A stretch of DNA of 49,427 bases from an uncultured Acidimicrobiaceae bacterium (GCA_964608055.1 CAZSMJ010000001.1:1-49427), one strand, 5' to 3'. Positions 18,019 through 26,969 are shown, numbered from the stretch's first letter. Numbers and translations: made by a program. The notes: generated by a model from the sequence alone, not told the origin.

Positions 18019-18924
18019 ATGGAGGTCACCCATCCTGACCGTGTGGTCTTCCCCGATGACGGGATCACCAAGGGTGAAGTCGTGGCCTATTACACCCAGG
18101 TCTCCGAGCGGATGCTCCCCTTTATTGCGGGTCGCGCTCTCTCTGTCGAGCGCTTTCCCCAGGGGATCGGGGGGCAAGGTTTCATGCAGAAGAACGCCCC
18201 TGACCACTACCCCTCGGAGCTCATCGGCCGTCATGAGGTGCCCAAGGAGGGTGGGGGGACAACTGTGTACCCGGTCGTCGACACTCCCGAGGGCATCACC
18301 TATTTCGCCAATTTCGGGGTGATCACCTTCCACGTCCCTTCGGTGCTGATCGAAGACGAGGATCACCCGGATTGGGTGATCTGGGATCTCGACCCGCCCC
18401 CCGACCGGGTCGACGTGGTCCGGGAGGCGGCGGGAGCTATCCGCACCATTCTCGAGAACCATGCAATCCCCACCCTGCCCCTCGCCTCTGGATCCAAGGG
18501 GTATCACCTTCGGGCGCGGCTGCAGCCGAACCTCGACGTCGAGACCGTGGCCGGGATTGCCAGAGGGACCGCTGCCTTGGCAGCAGCGGCTCATCCCGAT
18601 CTGATGACTCTGGCCTTCCGAAAGGCCGATCGAGGGGACAGAGTGTTCGTCGACTGGCTGCGGAACTCGGGACGATCCACGTCGGTGGTCCCGTGGTCGC
18701 TTCGCCCCCGTCCCGGCGCTCCGGTGGCGGCACCATTGGCTTGGGACGAGCTCGATTCGATCGCCCCCGACGCGATCCGGCTTCGCACAATCGCCGAGCG
18801 TCTCGACATCGATCCCTGGGCCGATCAGGAACCTGTCGACCTCACGCCCTCCGTGGAGAGCGTGGAACGGGCAGTGGCCGACGCCGGCGTCGAGTTCGAG
18901 CCTTTCGACCGATTCCGGTCCTGA
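18019..18924 (+). CDS. Stand-alone LigD polymerase-domain protein (archaeo-eukaryotic primase-polymerase, NHEJ/excision-repair type)
   Basis: THPDRVVFPDDGITKGEVVAYY start. DLDP catalytic aspartates. SGSKGYHL and DWLRN motifs. No ligase or nuclease domain is fused. Confidence 0.85.
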   Translation: MEVTHPDRVVFPDDGITKGEVVAYYTQVSERMLPFIAGRALSVERFPQGIGGQGFMQKNAPDHYPSELIGRHEVPKEGGGTTVYPVVDTPEGITYFANFGVITFHVPSVLIEDEDHPDWVIWDLDPPPDRVDVVREAAGAIRTILENHAIPTLPLASGSKGYHLRARLQPNLDVETVAGIARGTAALAAAAHPDLMTLAFRKADRGDRVFVDWLRNSGRSTSVVPWSLRPRPGAPVAAPLAWDELDSIAPDAIRLRTIAERLDIDPWADQEPVDLTPSVESVERAVADAGVEFEPFDRFRS

Positions 18925-18962
18925 TCGGGAGCGTCCGAGACGTCGTAACGAGGGGTAGGTTG

Positions 18963-19346
18963 ATGGCCTACGTCGACGCAGAACCGAGGTTGAGCATGCC
19001 GGGCGAAGTGGAAGTTGGGCCAGTCTCCGAGTTGCCGCCTGGAACCGTGAAGGGCTCGGGTCGCTACGCCGTTGGCAACTCCGATGGGGAGTTGTTTGCG
19101 GTCACCCGGCACTGCCGTCACCTCTACGCCGACCTGGCCAACGGCAGTATTGACGAAGACGGATGTCTGGTGTGCCCGTGGCATGGTTCCAAGTACGACG
19201 TCCGAACCGGGAGGATGGTGCGCGGCCCCCAGGGTGTCTTTGCCAAGATTCCCGGGCTTGGCTCGGTCTACAAAGCTCTGACCTTGGTCTTGCCTCTGGG
19301 GCGGGGTCAGGTCGTCGAGCGCGACGGCAAACTCTACGTCGAGTAG
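18963..19346 (+). CDS. Rieske (2Fe-2S) domain protein
   Basis: CRHLYADL...(17)...CPWHGSKYDVRTG gives the CxH...CxxH Rieske motif. ATG at 18963. The track ORF from 18372 is an out-of-gene extension across ligD-Pol. Confidence 0.8.
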   Translation: MAYVDAEPRLSMPGEVEVGPVSELPPGTVKGSGRYAVGNSDGELFAVTRHCRHLYADLANGSIDEDGCLVCPWHGSKYDVRTGRMVRGPQGVFAKIPGLGSVYKALTLVLPLGRGQVVERDGKLYVE

Positions 19347-20590
19347 ACCCTCGTCGATTCAGTGGGGCGTGTCTTCGAAGCGGACAACCAGGCCAGCACC
19401 TGCTCGAGAACCTCGGGATCGTGGAGCAGGTCGAAATGTCGTCGGCCACCGAGCACTCGAACGTCGGTTGCCTCGATCTGACGTCGACGACCCTGACCGG
19501 TGCCACTCGCAGGACGCACCATCAAGTCGCCGACCAGCGCCCCAACCGGGTGAGCCGGGTCCGAAGTGATCACCGCTGCTACGAAGTGGTGATCCACGCC
19601 ATGCAACGGCGGGACGTTGCTGACGGTGTTGCGGAGCAATGCGTCGGGCTCGCTGCCCAGCCAATCTTCATCGACGATTGCGCCGAAACGGAGATCCTTG
19701 ATCCCGACGCTACGGGCGTCCAGGAAGTCGGCGAGAGGACTGCTCTCGGGCGTGGCACGGAGCCCCCATGAAACCACGTTGGCCACCTTCTCCAATGGCG
19801 CGCCGAGATGCGGTGTCGCCACCGTCACCACCTTGTCCACCGTGTCCACCCAACCCTGGTCGGCGTCCCGACCAACGCGGCAGGCACTGCGGATCACGAG
19901 ACCACCCATCGAGTGGCCGACCAGTGAGATCGATTGGAGCGGAATCGGCCATGAACGCCAGAGTCGTTCGAGCACTTGGGCCAGGTCGGCGCCGTTTTCT
20001 GAGATATGCCTCCCTGAGTTGTAGCGGACCATCACCGGGGTGACCGAGGTGTCTGCCGTCAGCATCTCCCAAAGCCCGGCTTGCTCGCCTCTCTCCAACC
20101 AACTGCTCTCGGTGCGCCCCAGCCCGTGAACCAGCAGCACCAACCGAGCCGTCGCCGTCGGAAAGTTGGCTGTCAGATCTTCAGGTGTGACTTGCACCGG
20201 ACTACCCATGGCGTTGCGCAGACCCATCTCGATACGAATCTCATTTCCTCTGTGCTCGAGCTCGTCGCCCCACGTGGCGTTTATTGCAGCCTGAATCCGG
20301 CTTCCCAGGCGTGATCCGGAAAGTGGGTCGCTCCGGCCTACAGCCACAGTCGCTCCGAGTCCGACAGTCGCGCCCAAGGCAGAGCCGGTCAAGCGAATCG
20401 CGTCGTAGAAGGTTGCGATGGCGGCGTCGACCTTGCGCCGGGTCGTCGCCCCGCTCGCTCCGGTCCAACGCAATGAGCGGTCGATGATGGCCCGATGGAC
20501 GCCCTCGAGCGGTGTCGTGACACGGTCCACCGCCAGGCCCAACAGATCGCCCAAACCCCGCAGTTCGTTGTTGGTGTCAGCTTCCTTCAA
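19334..20590 (-). CDS. Alpha/beta hydrolase (PGAP1/lipase-like esterase)
   Basis: LVLLVHGLGRTESSW and the nucleophile elbow VGHSMGG. Start uncertain. TTG at 20590 is the first plausible start that does not overlap the divergent ADH gene. Confidence 0.7.
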   Translation of the reverse strand: MKEADTNNELRGLGDLLGLAVDRVTTPLEGVHRAIIDRSLRWTGASGATTRRKVDAAIATFYDAIRLTGSALGATVGLGATVAVGRSDPLSGSRLGSRIQAAINATWGDELEHRGNEIRIEMGLRNAMGSPVQVTPEDLTANFPTATARLVLLVHGLGRTESSWLERGEQAGLWEMLTADTSVTPVMVRYNSGRHISENGADLAQVLERLWRSWPIPLQSISLVGHSMGGLVIRSACRVGRDADQGWVDTVDKVVTVATPHLGAPLEKVANVVSWGLRATPESSPLADFLDARSVGIKDLRFGAIVDEDWLGSEPDALLRNTVSNVPPLHGVDHHFVAAVITSDPAHPVGALVGDLMVRPASGTGQGRRRQIEATDVRVLGGRRHFDLLHDPEVLEQVLAWLSASKTRPTESTRVYST

Positions 20591-20647
20591 GGTAGGGACC
20601 GTAACGCAGGCGACGCACTTCTCCGGCCGGGGCGGAATACTTGGCCG

Positions 20648-21673
20648 ATGCGCGCACTCGTGCTCTATGGACCTCGGGACGCTCGGGTAGATGAGGTTCA
20701 GCCGCCACGAGCCGATGCCGGCCAGGTAGTAGTCGACGTCGAACGGGTTGGCATCTGCGGCACCGATGCCGAGTTCTACACCGGGGAGATGGCCTATCTG
20801 CACCAAGGCCAAGCCAACTACCCGTTGCGGATCGGACACGAATGGGCGGGCCGGGTCACTGCAATGGCTGAAGGCGTCGACGCGTCCTGGATGGGCAAGC
20901 GAGTCACAAGCGACACGATGTTGGGCTGTGGACGCTGTGACCGTTGCCGACGCGGTCGTCACCACCTCTGCCCGTCGCGATACGAGATCGGAATTCGAGG
21001 CGATTGGCACGGTGCCCTGGCGGAGCAGCTAGTGGTACCCGCTTCGGCCCTCCACGAGATACCGGAGGCGGTCTCGCTGGCGGCGGCGGCCCTGGTCGAG
21101 CCCGGGGCGAACGCCTTGCGCACAGTCGACGCTGCCGCTCTCGATCCAGGGCAGCGGCTTCTGATCTTTGGGCCGGGGACGATAGGGCTCCTCGCCGCAC
21201 GGTTCGCAATTGCCAGAGGCGTCGAGGTTCGCATTGTTGGAGTCGAGAGCACCAGCCTCGAGCTGGCACGCAGCATGGGCGTCCACGAAGCAATGCTCCT
21301 GTCCGAATTGGAAGAGTCGCCCTCCTCGACCTTTCATGCAGTGATCGACGCCACCAACGATGCCGAAATACCTGCAGCGACCCTGCGTTGGGCGGAGCCG
21401 GGGGGGCGGGTAGTTCTGATCGGTCTCGCCGGCAGAGAGAGTCTGATCGACACCCGTGAGGTCGCTCTTCAAGAGTTGACCGTTGTCGGGATCCTCGGCG
21501 GGTCAGCCGCCATCGATCAGACAATCGCGGCCTACGCCAACGCCCGGGTGGTGCCCGATGCCCTGGTGTCAGAGGTGATCGGACTCGAAGATGTCGCCAG
21601 TCGCTTGGAAGGGGAGCGTGGGCCGAATGCCGGCCCCGGTCCCAAGGTCCAGGTCGATCCCCGGGTGGCCTGA
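20648..21673 (+). CDS. Zinc-dependent alcohol dehydrogenase (MDR family)
   Basis: MRALVLYGP start (ATG 20648), GICGTDAEF, GHEWAG, CGRCDRCRRGRHHLC, GPGTIG. Confidence 0.85.
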   Translation: MRALVLYGPRDARVDEVQPPRADAGQVVVDVERVGICGTDAEFYTGEMAYLHQGQANYPLRIGHEWAGRVTAMAEGVDASWMGKRVTSDTMLGCGRCDRCRRGRHHLCPSRYEIGIRGDWHGALAEQLVVPASALHEIPEAVSLAAAALVEPGANALRTVDAAALDPGQRLLIFGPGTIGLLAARFAIARGVEVRIVGVESTSLELARSMGVHEAMLLSELEESPSSTFHAVIDATNDAEIPAATLRWAEPGGRVVLIGLAGRESLIDTREVALQELTVVGILGGSAAIDQTIAAYANARVVPDALVSEVIGLEDVASRLEGERGPNAGPGPKVQVDPRVA

Positions 21674-21676
21674 GGC

Positions 21677-22699
21677 CTAGCTCGGAGGCGAGATCGTCAT
21701 CGGGAAACCGCAGGCCACCGCCAGGTGCGGATCCCGAAAAGACGTGATCGCGGTGATGGTCCTGGAGTCGCCGTCGACGTCGAGGACCTGAAGACCGCTG
21801 GCAACCATCGTGTTGTCGGGTCCGGGCTCGTAGGTGGCAAGAGCGGGTTGGCCGTTGGCGCCGCCCAAACGCATCGTCACCCCATACGGTCGGGCCGGTC
21901 CGAATATGGCGGCTTCGACGAAGGCAGCGACATCGGCCGTTCCCTGATACCAGGTGGGTATTGGCGGCATCGACAGCCGCACGTCGGCGCTGACCGTGGC
22001 TACGAACTCGGAGATATCGGCCCGCTCCCAGGCCTCGACGTATCGGTCGAGAAGCGCTTTGATCGCAGGGTCGTCGGGGTCGGCCGGAATCGGGATGGGC
22101 GACGCGCTCATTGTCTCCCGGGCCCGGTAAAGCAAGCTGTTGACCGCAGAAGGCGAGCTTTCGAGCACCCCTGCCACTTCATCGTGTGAGAAGTCCAGTA
22201 CGTCGTGGAGCAGTAACGCCGCCCTTTGCCGTGCCGACAATCGTTGGAGGGCGGCCACGAAGGCGAGGCTGATTCTCTCGCGTTGTTCCGCCGAGTGGGC
22301 CGGGTCCTGGCTGAGGCCGATGCTCTGATCCCCGATGGGCTCGACCCACTCGATCGGCGAATCAGTGGCCTCGGGAAACGATCCCGGAGGCGACGCCGGC
22401 CCGTGATGCACCGGATGGCTTCTGGGGCGACGACCCCGGAGCCGGTCGATGCACAGGTTGGTCGCGATGCGATACATCCATCCTTGAAAGGAGCCTCGGG
22501 CTTCATAGGTGTCCAGACGTTGCCACGCTCGGAGCAGCGTGTCCTGGAGTGCTTCCTCGGCATCGGGGCCTGACCCGAGCATCCGGTAGCAATGACGAAG
22601 CAGGCCAACTCGATGCACGTCGACCAATGACGCAAACGCGGCGGTATCGCCGGCGCGCGCCCGGGCGACGGCGCCGAGGTCGGTGGTTTGGTTGGTCAC
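21677..22699 (-). CDS. ECF-type RNA polymerase sigma-70 factor with a C-terminal SnoaL/NTF2-like extension (SigG/SigJ, ECF41-like architecture)
   Basis: Region 2 (RHCYRMLGSGPDAEEALQDTLLRAW, FQGWMYRIATN). Region 4 (LSARQRAALLLHDVLDFSHDEVAGVL). About 130 extra C-terminal residues. GTG at 22699, with AGGAG 7 nt upstream. Confidence 0.85.
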   Translation of the reverse strand: MTNQTTDLGAVARARAGDTAAFASLVDVHRVGLLRHCYRMLGSGPDAEEALQDTLLRAWQRLDTYEARGSFQGWMYRIATNLCIDRLRGRRPRSHPVHHGPASPPGSFPEATDSPIEWVEPIGDQSIGLSQDPAHSAEQRERISLAFVAALQRLSARQRAALLLHDVLDFSHDEVAGVLESSPSAVNSLLYRARETMSASPIPIPADPDDPAIKALLDRYVEAWERADISEFVATVSADVRLSMPPIPTWYQGTADVAAFVEAAIFGPARPYGVTMRLGGANGQPALATYEPGPDNTMVASGLQVLDVDGDSRTITAITSFRDPHLAVACGFPMTISPPS

Positions 22700-22712
22700 C
22701 TTGTGGCTCCTC

Positions 22713-22719
22713 TGTCACA
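22713..22719 (+). promoter_or_regulatory. TGTCACA motif, candidate ECF41-type -35 element facing the 22835 gene
   Basis: Exact TGTCACA in the sigma / unknown-gene spacer. The expected CGTC -10 at about 16 nt is not present, so this is only a partial match. Confidence 0.3.
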
Positions 22720-22775
22720 TGGATCAGCCATACCCAGTATGACGAGAGCCGGAGGGCACATCTTGCGGTAGTTCG

Positions 22776-22815
22776 AAAAAAAGCTGGGCGAGGCGCGAGC
22801 CGGAGGCGCCTCGCC
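22776..22815. promoter_or_regulatory. A7 run followed by a GC-rich perfect 10-bp hairpin (GGCGAGGCGC / GCGCCTCGCC, 9-nt loop)
   Basis: A-run 22776-22782. Arms 22787-22796 and 22806-22815. On the minus strand this reads as a stem followed by CAGC-TTTTTTT, which is intrinsic-terminator-like. On the plus strand it lies in the leader just before the AGGAGG SD at 22823. Confidence 0.55.
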
Positions 22816-22834
22816 TCGTCTTAGGAGGTGAGAT

Positions 22835-23557
22835 GTGTCCGACTCCAGTCGGTGCCCGATTACTTCCAAAGGAGAGATGATGTCCGCATTCAGCCAACCA
22901 TCGGTCTTGCTGTCGGTTAGGGGCAAGACAATCCCCACCGATCGTGATGCCGTCCGGAGCCTGCACAACCAGACCGCTGGAGCCCCCGAAGGCGTCGCCG
23001 CGGCGCGGGCGCTCGGAGACCTCAGTCACAGTGTGTTCACGCCGCTACCTGGCGCTCCTGGTGCCGAGCAGAACGAGCTCCTTTTCCTCGACGTGTGGAA
23101 GGACGCTTCGGGCATCGGCACCTTCTTCTCGAACGAGCAGGTGCAACAGGGTGCTGGGTTGCTTTTCTCCGAACGCGAGGCCGTGATTTGGATGCCTGCC
23201 GAAGGAGCCTTCGGGTTCGAACTGCCGGCCCCTATGAGTCTCAGCGGCCGTTATCTGGGCATCGCCCGCGGGTCGATCGACGACCCCCAACACACCATCG
23301 ACGTCTTGCGCAAGACGCACGAAGCCGGCATTGCGGACGCTCGCCGTCTTGGTCAACTCTCCCACCAGCTGTTCATCCGGGTGCCGATGCCAGGCGAGTC
23401 GGCCCAACTCGAAGCAATAGGCCTGGACCTGTGGGCGGATGCTGCCGGCATGGGTGAGCACTACTCGAATCTCACCGGCTTCGAGGCCGCGTTCAGTGGT
23501 GACGTGCAGACTTCGGTGTGGGAACAAGGCCCCGGTGGGAACTGGACCGAGTGGTAG
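22835..23557 (+). CDS. Hypothetical protein made of two tandem homologous ~100-aa domains
   Basis: GTG at 22835 lies 6 nt after AGGAGG. An alternative ATGATG at 22877/22880 follows AAAGGAGAG. The two halves align: ARALGDLSHSVFTPLPGAPG..LLFLDVWKDASGIGTFFSN versus ARRLGQLSHQLFIRVPMPGE..AIGLDLWADAAGMGEHYSN. Confidence 0.65.
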   Translation: MSDSSRCPITSKGEMMSAFSQPSVLLSVRGKTIPTDRDAVRSLHNQTAGAPEGVAAARALGDLSHSVFTPLPGAPGAEQNELLFLDVWKDASGIGTFFSNEQVQQGAGLLFSEREAVIWMPAEGAFGFELPAPMSLSGRYLGIARGSIDDPQHTIDVLRKTHEAGIADARRLGQLSHQLFIRVPMPGESAQLEAIGLDLWADAAGMGEHYSNLTGFEAAFSGDVQTSVWEQGPGGNWTEW

Positions 23558-23708
23558 GCGTCGCCCCTTCTTTCCCCGGCTAGAGGCGCCAGTGACGTGG
23601 AAGGATCCCCCCTCGCCCGACCTGAGATCAGACGGTCCCCGCTCCGCAGGGGGACAACCCCGGACGGGTAGTTTCGATCCGGCGCTGTCTCGAGATGGAG
23701 GTCGTGTC

Positions 23709-24512
23709 GTGCAATCCGATTCCTTGGGCCATCGGTTCGCCGATCTGCACCGCGAGGGGACTTTCCTCATGCCTAACGCCTGGGACATCGGGTCGGCCAA
23801 AGTTCTGGCCTCTCTCGGATTCCCTGCGATCGCCACCACCAGCTCGGGGTTTGCCGCATCACTGGGACGGATGGACCAGGAGACAAGCCTCGACGAGCTC
23901 GTCACTCATGTGGGTGCCTTGACCTCCGCAGTCGAGATCCCTCTCAGCGTCGATGCAGAAAACGGGTACGCGCCGACATCGGCGGGGGTTGCTGAAACTG
24001 TGGATCGACTTGCAGCCGAAGGCGCGGCCGGGGTTTCGATCGAGGACTACAACCCAGCTTCGGGCCTATACCCGCTAGATGTTGCGGTTGAGCGAGTGGC
24101 CGCTGCAGTCGAAGCAGCTCGGCAACGAGGGGTGGTGCTCACCGCCCGCGCCGAGAACCATCTCTACGACATCGATGACATCGACGACACCATCGCCCGG
24201 CTGCGCGCCTATCGGGACGCCGGGGCCGATGTCCTGTATGCCCCGGGTTTGAGAGACACCAACCTCATCGCCAGGGTGGTGACTGAGTTGGAGGCCCCGA
24301 TCAATGTCCTCCTGCTCCGGAACGGTCCGACCGTGAGTCAACTGACCGAACTTGGAGTGAGGAGGTTGTCGATTGGAGGCTCCCTGGCTTTCGCCGCCTA
24401 CGGCGCCGTCGCCACCGCGGCCGCCGAGTTGCTCACGGCGGGCACTTCGACCTACAGCGAAAGAAACCTATCCATCGCGGACCGCAGCGCCGCCTTCGGA
24501 GGCCCCAGCTAG
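23709..24512 (+). CDS. Isocitrate lyase/PEP mutase family protein (2-methylisocitrate lyase / phosphorylmutase-like)
   Basis: GTG at 23709 lies 7 nt after GGAGG. FLMPNAWDIGSAKVLASLGFPAIATTSSG, SVDAENGY, GVSIEDY. Confidence 0.8.
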   Translation: MQSDSLGHRFADLHREGTFLMPNAWDIGSAKVLASLGFPAIATTSSGFAASLGRMDQETSLDELVTHVGALTSAVEIPLSVDAENGYAPTSAGVAETVDRLAAEGAAGVSIEDYNPASGLYPLDVAVERVAAAVEAARQRGVVLTARAENHLYDIDDIDDTIARLRAYRDAGADVLYAPGLRDTNLIARVVTELEAPINVLLLRNGPTVSQLTELGVRRLSIGGSLAFAAYGAVATAAAELLTAGTSTYSERNLSIADRSAAFGGPS

Positions 24513-24877
24513 TCCGACTCTGAACCGCCCGTCACCCACTCGCCTTCGAGCGGGAGACCTGCTGTTTCCCAATCGGTAAGGCCCCCGTCGTATCGCCTGA
24601 CGTTTTCGTATCCACGGCCGACCAGATCGTGATAGAGGGCGATGCTGGAGTGACAGTCGACACTGGTGCAGTACACCACGATGTCGTCCTCGGGCGACAG
24701 CGATGCCAGCAATTCGTCGGGGGTGTTGAAATGCTCCGATCCCGGGATGTGCTTGGCCCGGAACGCCCACTCGTTGAGAGCCATGACCAGCCGGAAATGG
24801 TCACCTCGCTCCAGCTTCGCCTGGAGATCGTCACGGGTGATGGTGCGGATGCTGGCTCGAGGATCGGGATTAGTCAC
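24509..24877 (-). CDS. Rhodanese-like domain protein
   Basis: About 120 aa single rhodanese fold. The active-site loop region VVYCTSVDCHSS contains Cys. Its stop overlaps the convergent gene's stop at CTAG. Confidence 0.75.
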   Translation of the reverse strand: MTNPDPRASIRTITRDDLQAKLERGDHFRLVMALNEWAFRAKHIPGSEHFNTPDELLASLSPEDDIVVYCTSVDCHSSIALYHDLVGRGYENVRRYDGGLTDWETAGLPLEGEWVTGGSESD

Positions 24878-24963
24878 TCTGTTTCACCCCTCGGGGACAC
24901 TAACCGGGGACTCGATGCGTATTGTCGATCCCGGCCTAGGAACGACTCACACGGGAGGAAAAC

Positions 24964-25377
24964 ATGATCTTCGACTATTTCGCCGACCTGAACTGGCTTG
25001 CCGTCCTGGTAGCGGCAATTGCTTGGTTCGTCTTCAGCGCAATCTGGTATTCGATCCCACCGCTAAGCAATGCCTGGCAACGCGCCGCAAAGGTGACTGC
25101 AGGGGAAGGCCCGCCCCTGTCGATGATTCTGATCCCGACTTTCATTGGCTATTTCGTGACCTCGATCGTGATCGCCCTGATTGCCACCGCGATCAGCGGG
25201 GACGATGTGGTCAACGGGTTGGCGTTGGGTGTGGCTCTCGGAGTTGGCTTCGGGGTCGTGGGTGCGATCGTCGGCCAGATGTACGAGCAAAAAGGCAGCT
25301 CGTATTGGCTGATCAACGGTTTGAACGCGGTGATCGCATACTCGATCGTCTCGGTGATCGTCACCGTCTGGGACTGA
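24964..25377 (+). CDS. DUF1761 family membrane protein
   Basis: The N-terminus NWLAVLVAAIAWFVFSAIWYS and four predicted TM helices are typical of DUF1761. Confidence 0.7.
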   Translation: MIFDYFADLNWLAVLVAAIAWFVFSAIWYSIPPLSNAWQRAAKVTAGEGPPLSMILIPTFIGYFVTSIVIALIATAISGDDVVNGLALGVALGVGFGVVGAIVGQMYEQKGSSYWLINGLNAVIAYSIVSVIVTVWD

Positions 25378-25420
25378 GCGGCGAAGCCGCCGAGGATCAC
25401 CGATTCGATAGGCCGGCCGA

Positions 25421-25819
25421 CTAAGCGAGAGCTATCGAAGTCTCGGGGTGGAGCTCGTAGCGGCTCCGGATGTGGAACCGCTCTTGGGCGGCGAAAGCCC
25501 AGGCTGCGGCGGTCTCCTCGTCGACACTTGGGGTGTTGGTCACGGGCGTGTACTGAGTGAGCCAGTCAGTCTCCGGTTCGTAGACCACGATGGGTGCCTC
25601 GACCCGGTCGGCGGGACGAGCAAACCATCTTCGGTGCACTGGCCCGGAGAGAACCTCCGGGAAGTTGAAGCTGAGATGTCCGCAGGCTTCGCACACGATG
25701 CGCTCCAAGCTCGCGGTCGCAGTGGTCAGTGTCTCGATGTGAGGGCAGACCTTTGCCGCCTGTCGGACACGCTTGGCGCCGACGGCAACATGAATGCCTC
25801 CCAAAGCAATCTCCGCCAT
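25421..25819 (-). CDS. Hypothetical protein (132 aa) with a CPH...CEAC Cys/His cluster
   Basis: Better composition and GC3 than the antisense 25448-25945 ORF. No family recognised. Confidence 0.5.
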   Translation of the reverse strand: MAEIALGGIHVAVGAKRVRQAAKVCPHIETLTTATASLERIVCEACGHLSFNFPEVLSGPVHRRWFARPADRVEAPIVVYEPETDWLTQYTPVTNTPSVDEETAAAWAFAAQERFHIRSRYELHPETSIALA

Positions 25820-25918
25820 AGCACGTGGTTTATCGAAATCGGTGGCAATCCGGTATGGGTCCCAAGACCCAAAACTGTGGATAAGTCGAGGTGGGGTTGT
25901 CGACAGGCAGTGCGCCGG

Positions 25919-26938
25919 TCATCCGGACTCGCGGACGACCAGTGACACGTCGATCACCTCGCGCTCGAAGAAGGCGGAAGGATCGGAGCGCATCCGCATC
26001 AGCATCTCCACGGCGCGAGCACCCATCTGCTCCCGATCGATCCTGACTGTGGTGAGTGCCGGCCTCACCAGGGCGCTTACTTCGACGTCGTCGACCCCGA
26101 TCACCGACACGTCGTCGGGCACTACCCGCCCTTTGTCCTCGAGGGCCCGCATCGCGCCGATCGCCATGATGTCCGTATAGGCGAAGACGCCGTCGATGTC
26201 CGGGTCACGGCGCAGCAGTTCGTTCACCCCTAGCGCACCTCCCTCGACGGTCTCCTCCGTCCAGACCACAGCGCGATCCACGTCGTAGCCGAGATCGGAG
26301 ATCGCCTTGCGGAAGCCGATCTCACGGGGCTCTTCGACTGTCTCGGCAATGCGGCTCGACAACATCCCGATCCTGCGACGCCCCGTGGCTCGAAGATGAT
26401 CGACTGCGAGATGGGCACCACGCTCGGTGTCCCATTCCACCGAACCGATGCGCGGATGATCGATGCGATGGTCGATGGAAACCACCGGAACCGATCGCTC
26501 GGCGGCCGAGATGAGCTGTTGCTCAGCTCCTCGCACCGGGAAGATGATGACCCCGTCACTGCCACGGTCCTCCAACGACCGCAGGATGTCCTGTTGGCGT
26601 TCGGCTTCGCCTTCAGAGCTCGTCAGATAGACGAGATAGCCAAGACGATCACCGGCCGCCTGGATGCCTCGGGCTAACTCGGCGAAGAACGGGTCGTTCA
26701 GATAGGTGGCGACCAAGCCCAAGGTGAAGCTCTGTCTCGTGACCAAGCTCCGAGCCAGCAGATTGGGGCGATACTCCAGATCCTCTATCGCTTCGAGCAC
26801 ACGCTGTCTGGTGGCCTCGGCTGGACCGGGCCGATCGTTGACCACCCGAGACACGGTCCGCACCGAAACACCGACATGGGCTGCGATGTCATGCAGGGTG
26901 GGGGCGCGGTTGGCGATAGGTGCCTCTGGGACCGTCAT
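25919..26938 (-). CDS. LacI family transcriptional regulator
   Basis: N-terminal HTH TLHDIAAHVGVSVRTVSRVVN plus a periplasmic-binding-protein-like sugar-binding core. Divergent from the galactan genes. Confidence 0.9.
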   Translation of the reverse strand: MTVPEAPIANRAPTLHDIAAHVGVSVRTVSRVVNDRPGPAEATRQRVLEAIEDLEYRPNLLARSLVTRQSFTLGLVATYLNDPFFAELARGIQAAGDRLGYLVYLTSSEGEAERQQDILRSLEDRGSDGVIIFPVRGAEQQLISAAERSVPVVSIDHRIDHPRIGSVEWDTERGAHLAVDHLRATGRRRIGMLSSRIAETVEEPREIGFRKAISDLGYDVDRAVVWTEETVEGGALGVNELLRRDPDIDGVFAYTDIMAIGAMRALEDKGRVVPDDVSVIGVDDVEVSALVRPALTTVRIDREQMGARAVEMLMRMRSDPSAFFEREVIDVSLVVRESG

Positions 26939-26969
26939 ATCGACGTTTCAGATTAGCGGTCAGCTTTCC

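Noticed and set aside
25448-25945. 165-aa plus-strand ORF opposite the 25421-25819 gene.
   Set aside because: Its composition is Gly/Arg-biased and its third-position GC pattern is poorer than the minus-strand frame. It also runs into the lacI 3' end.
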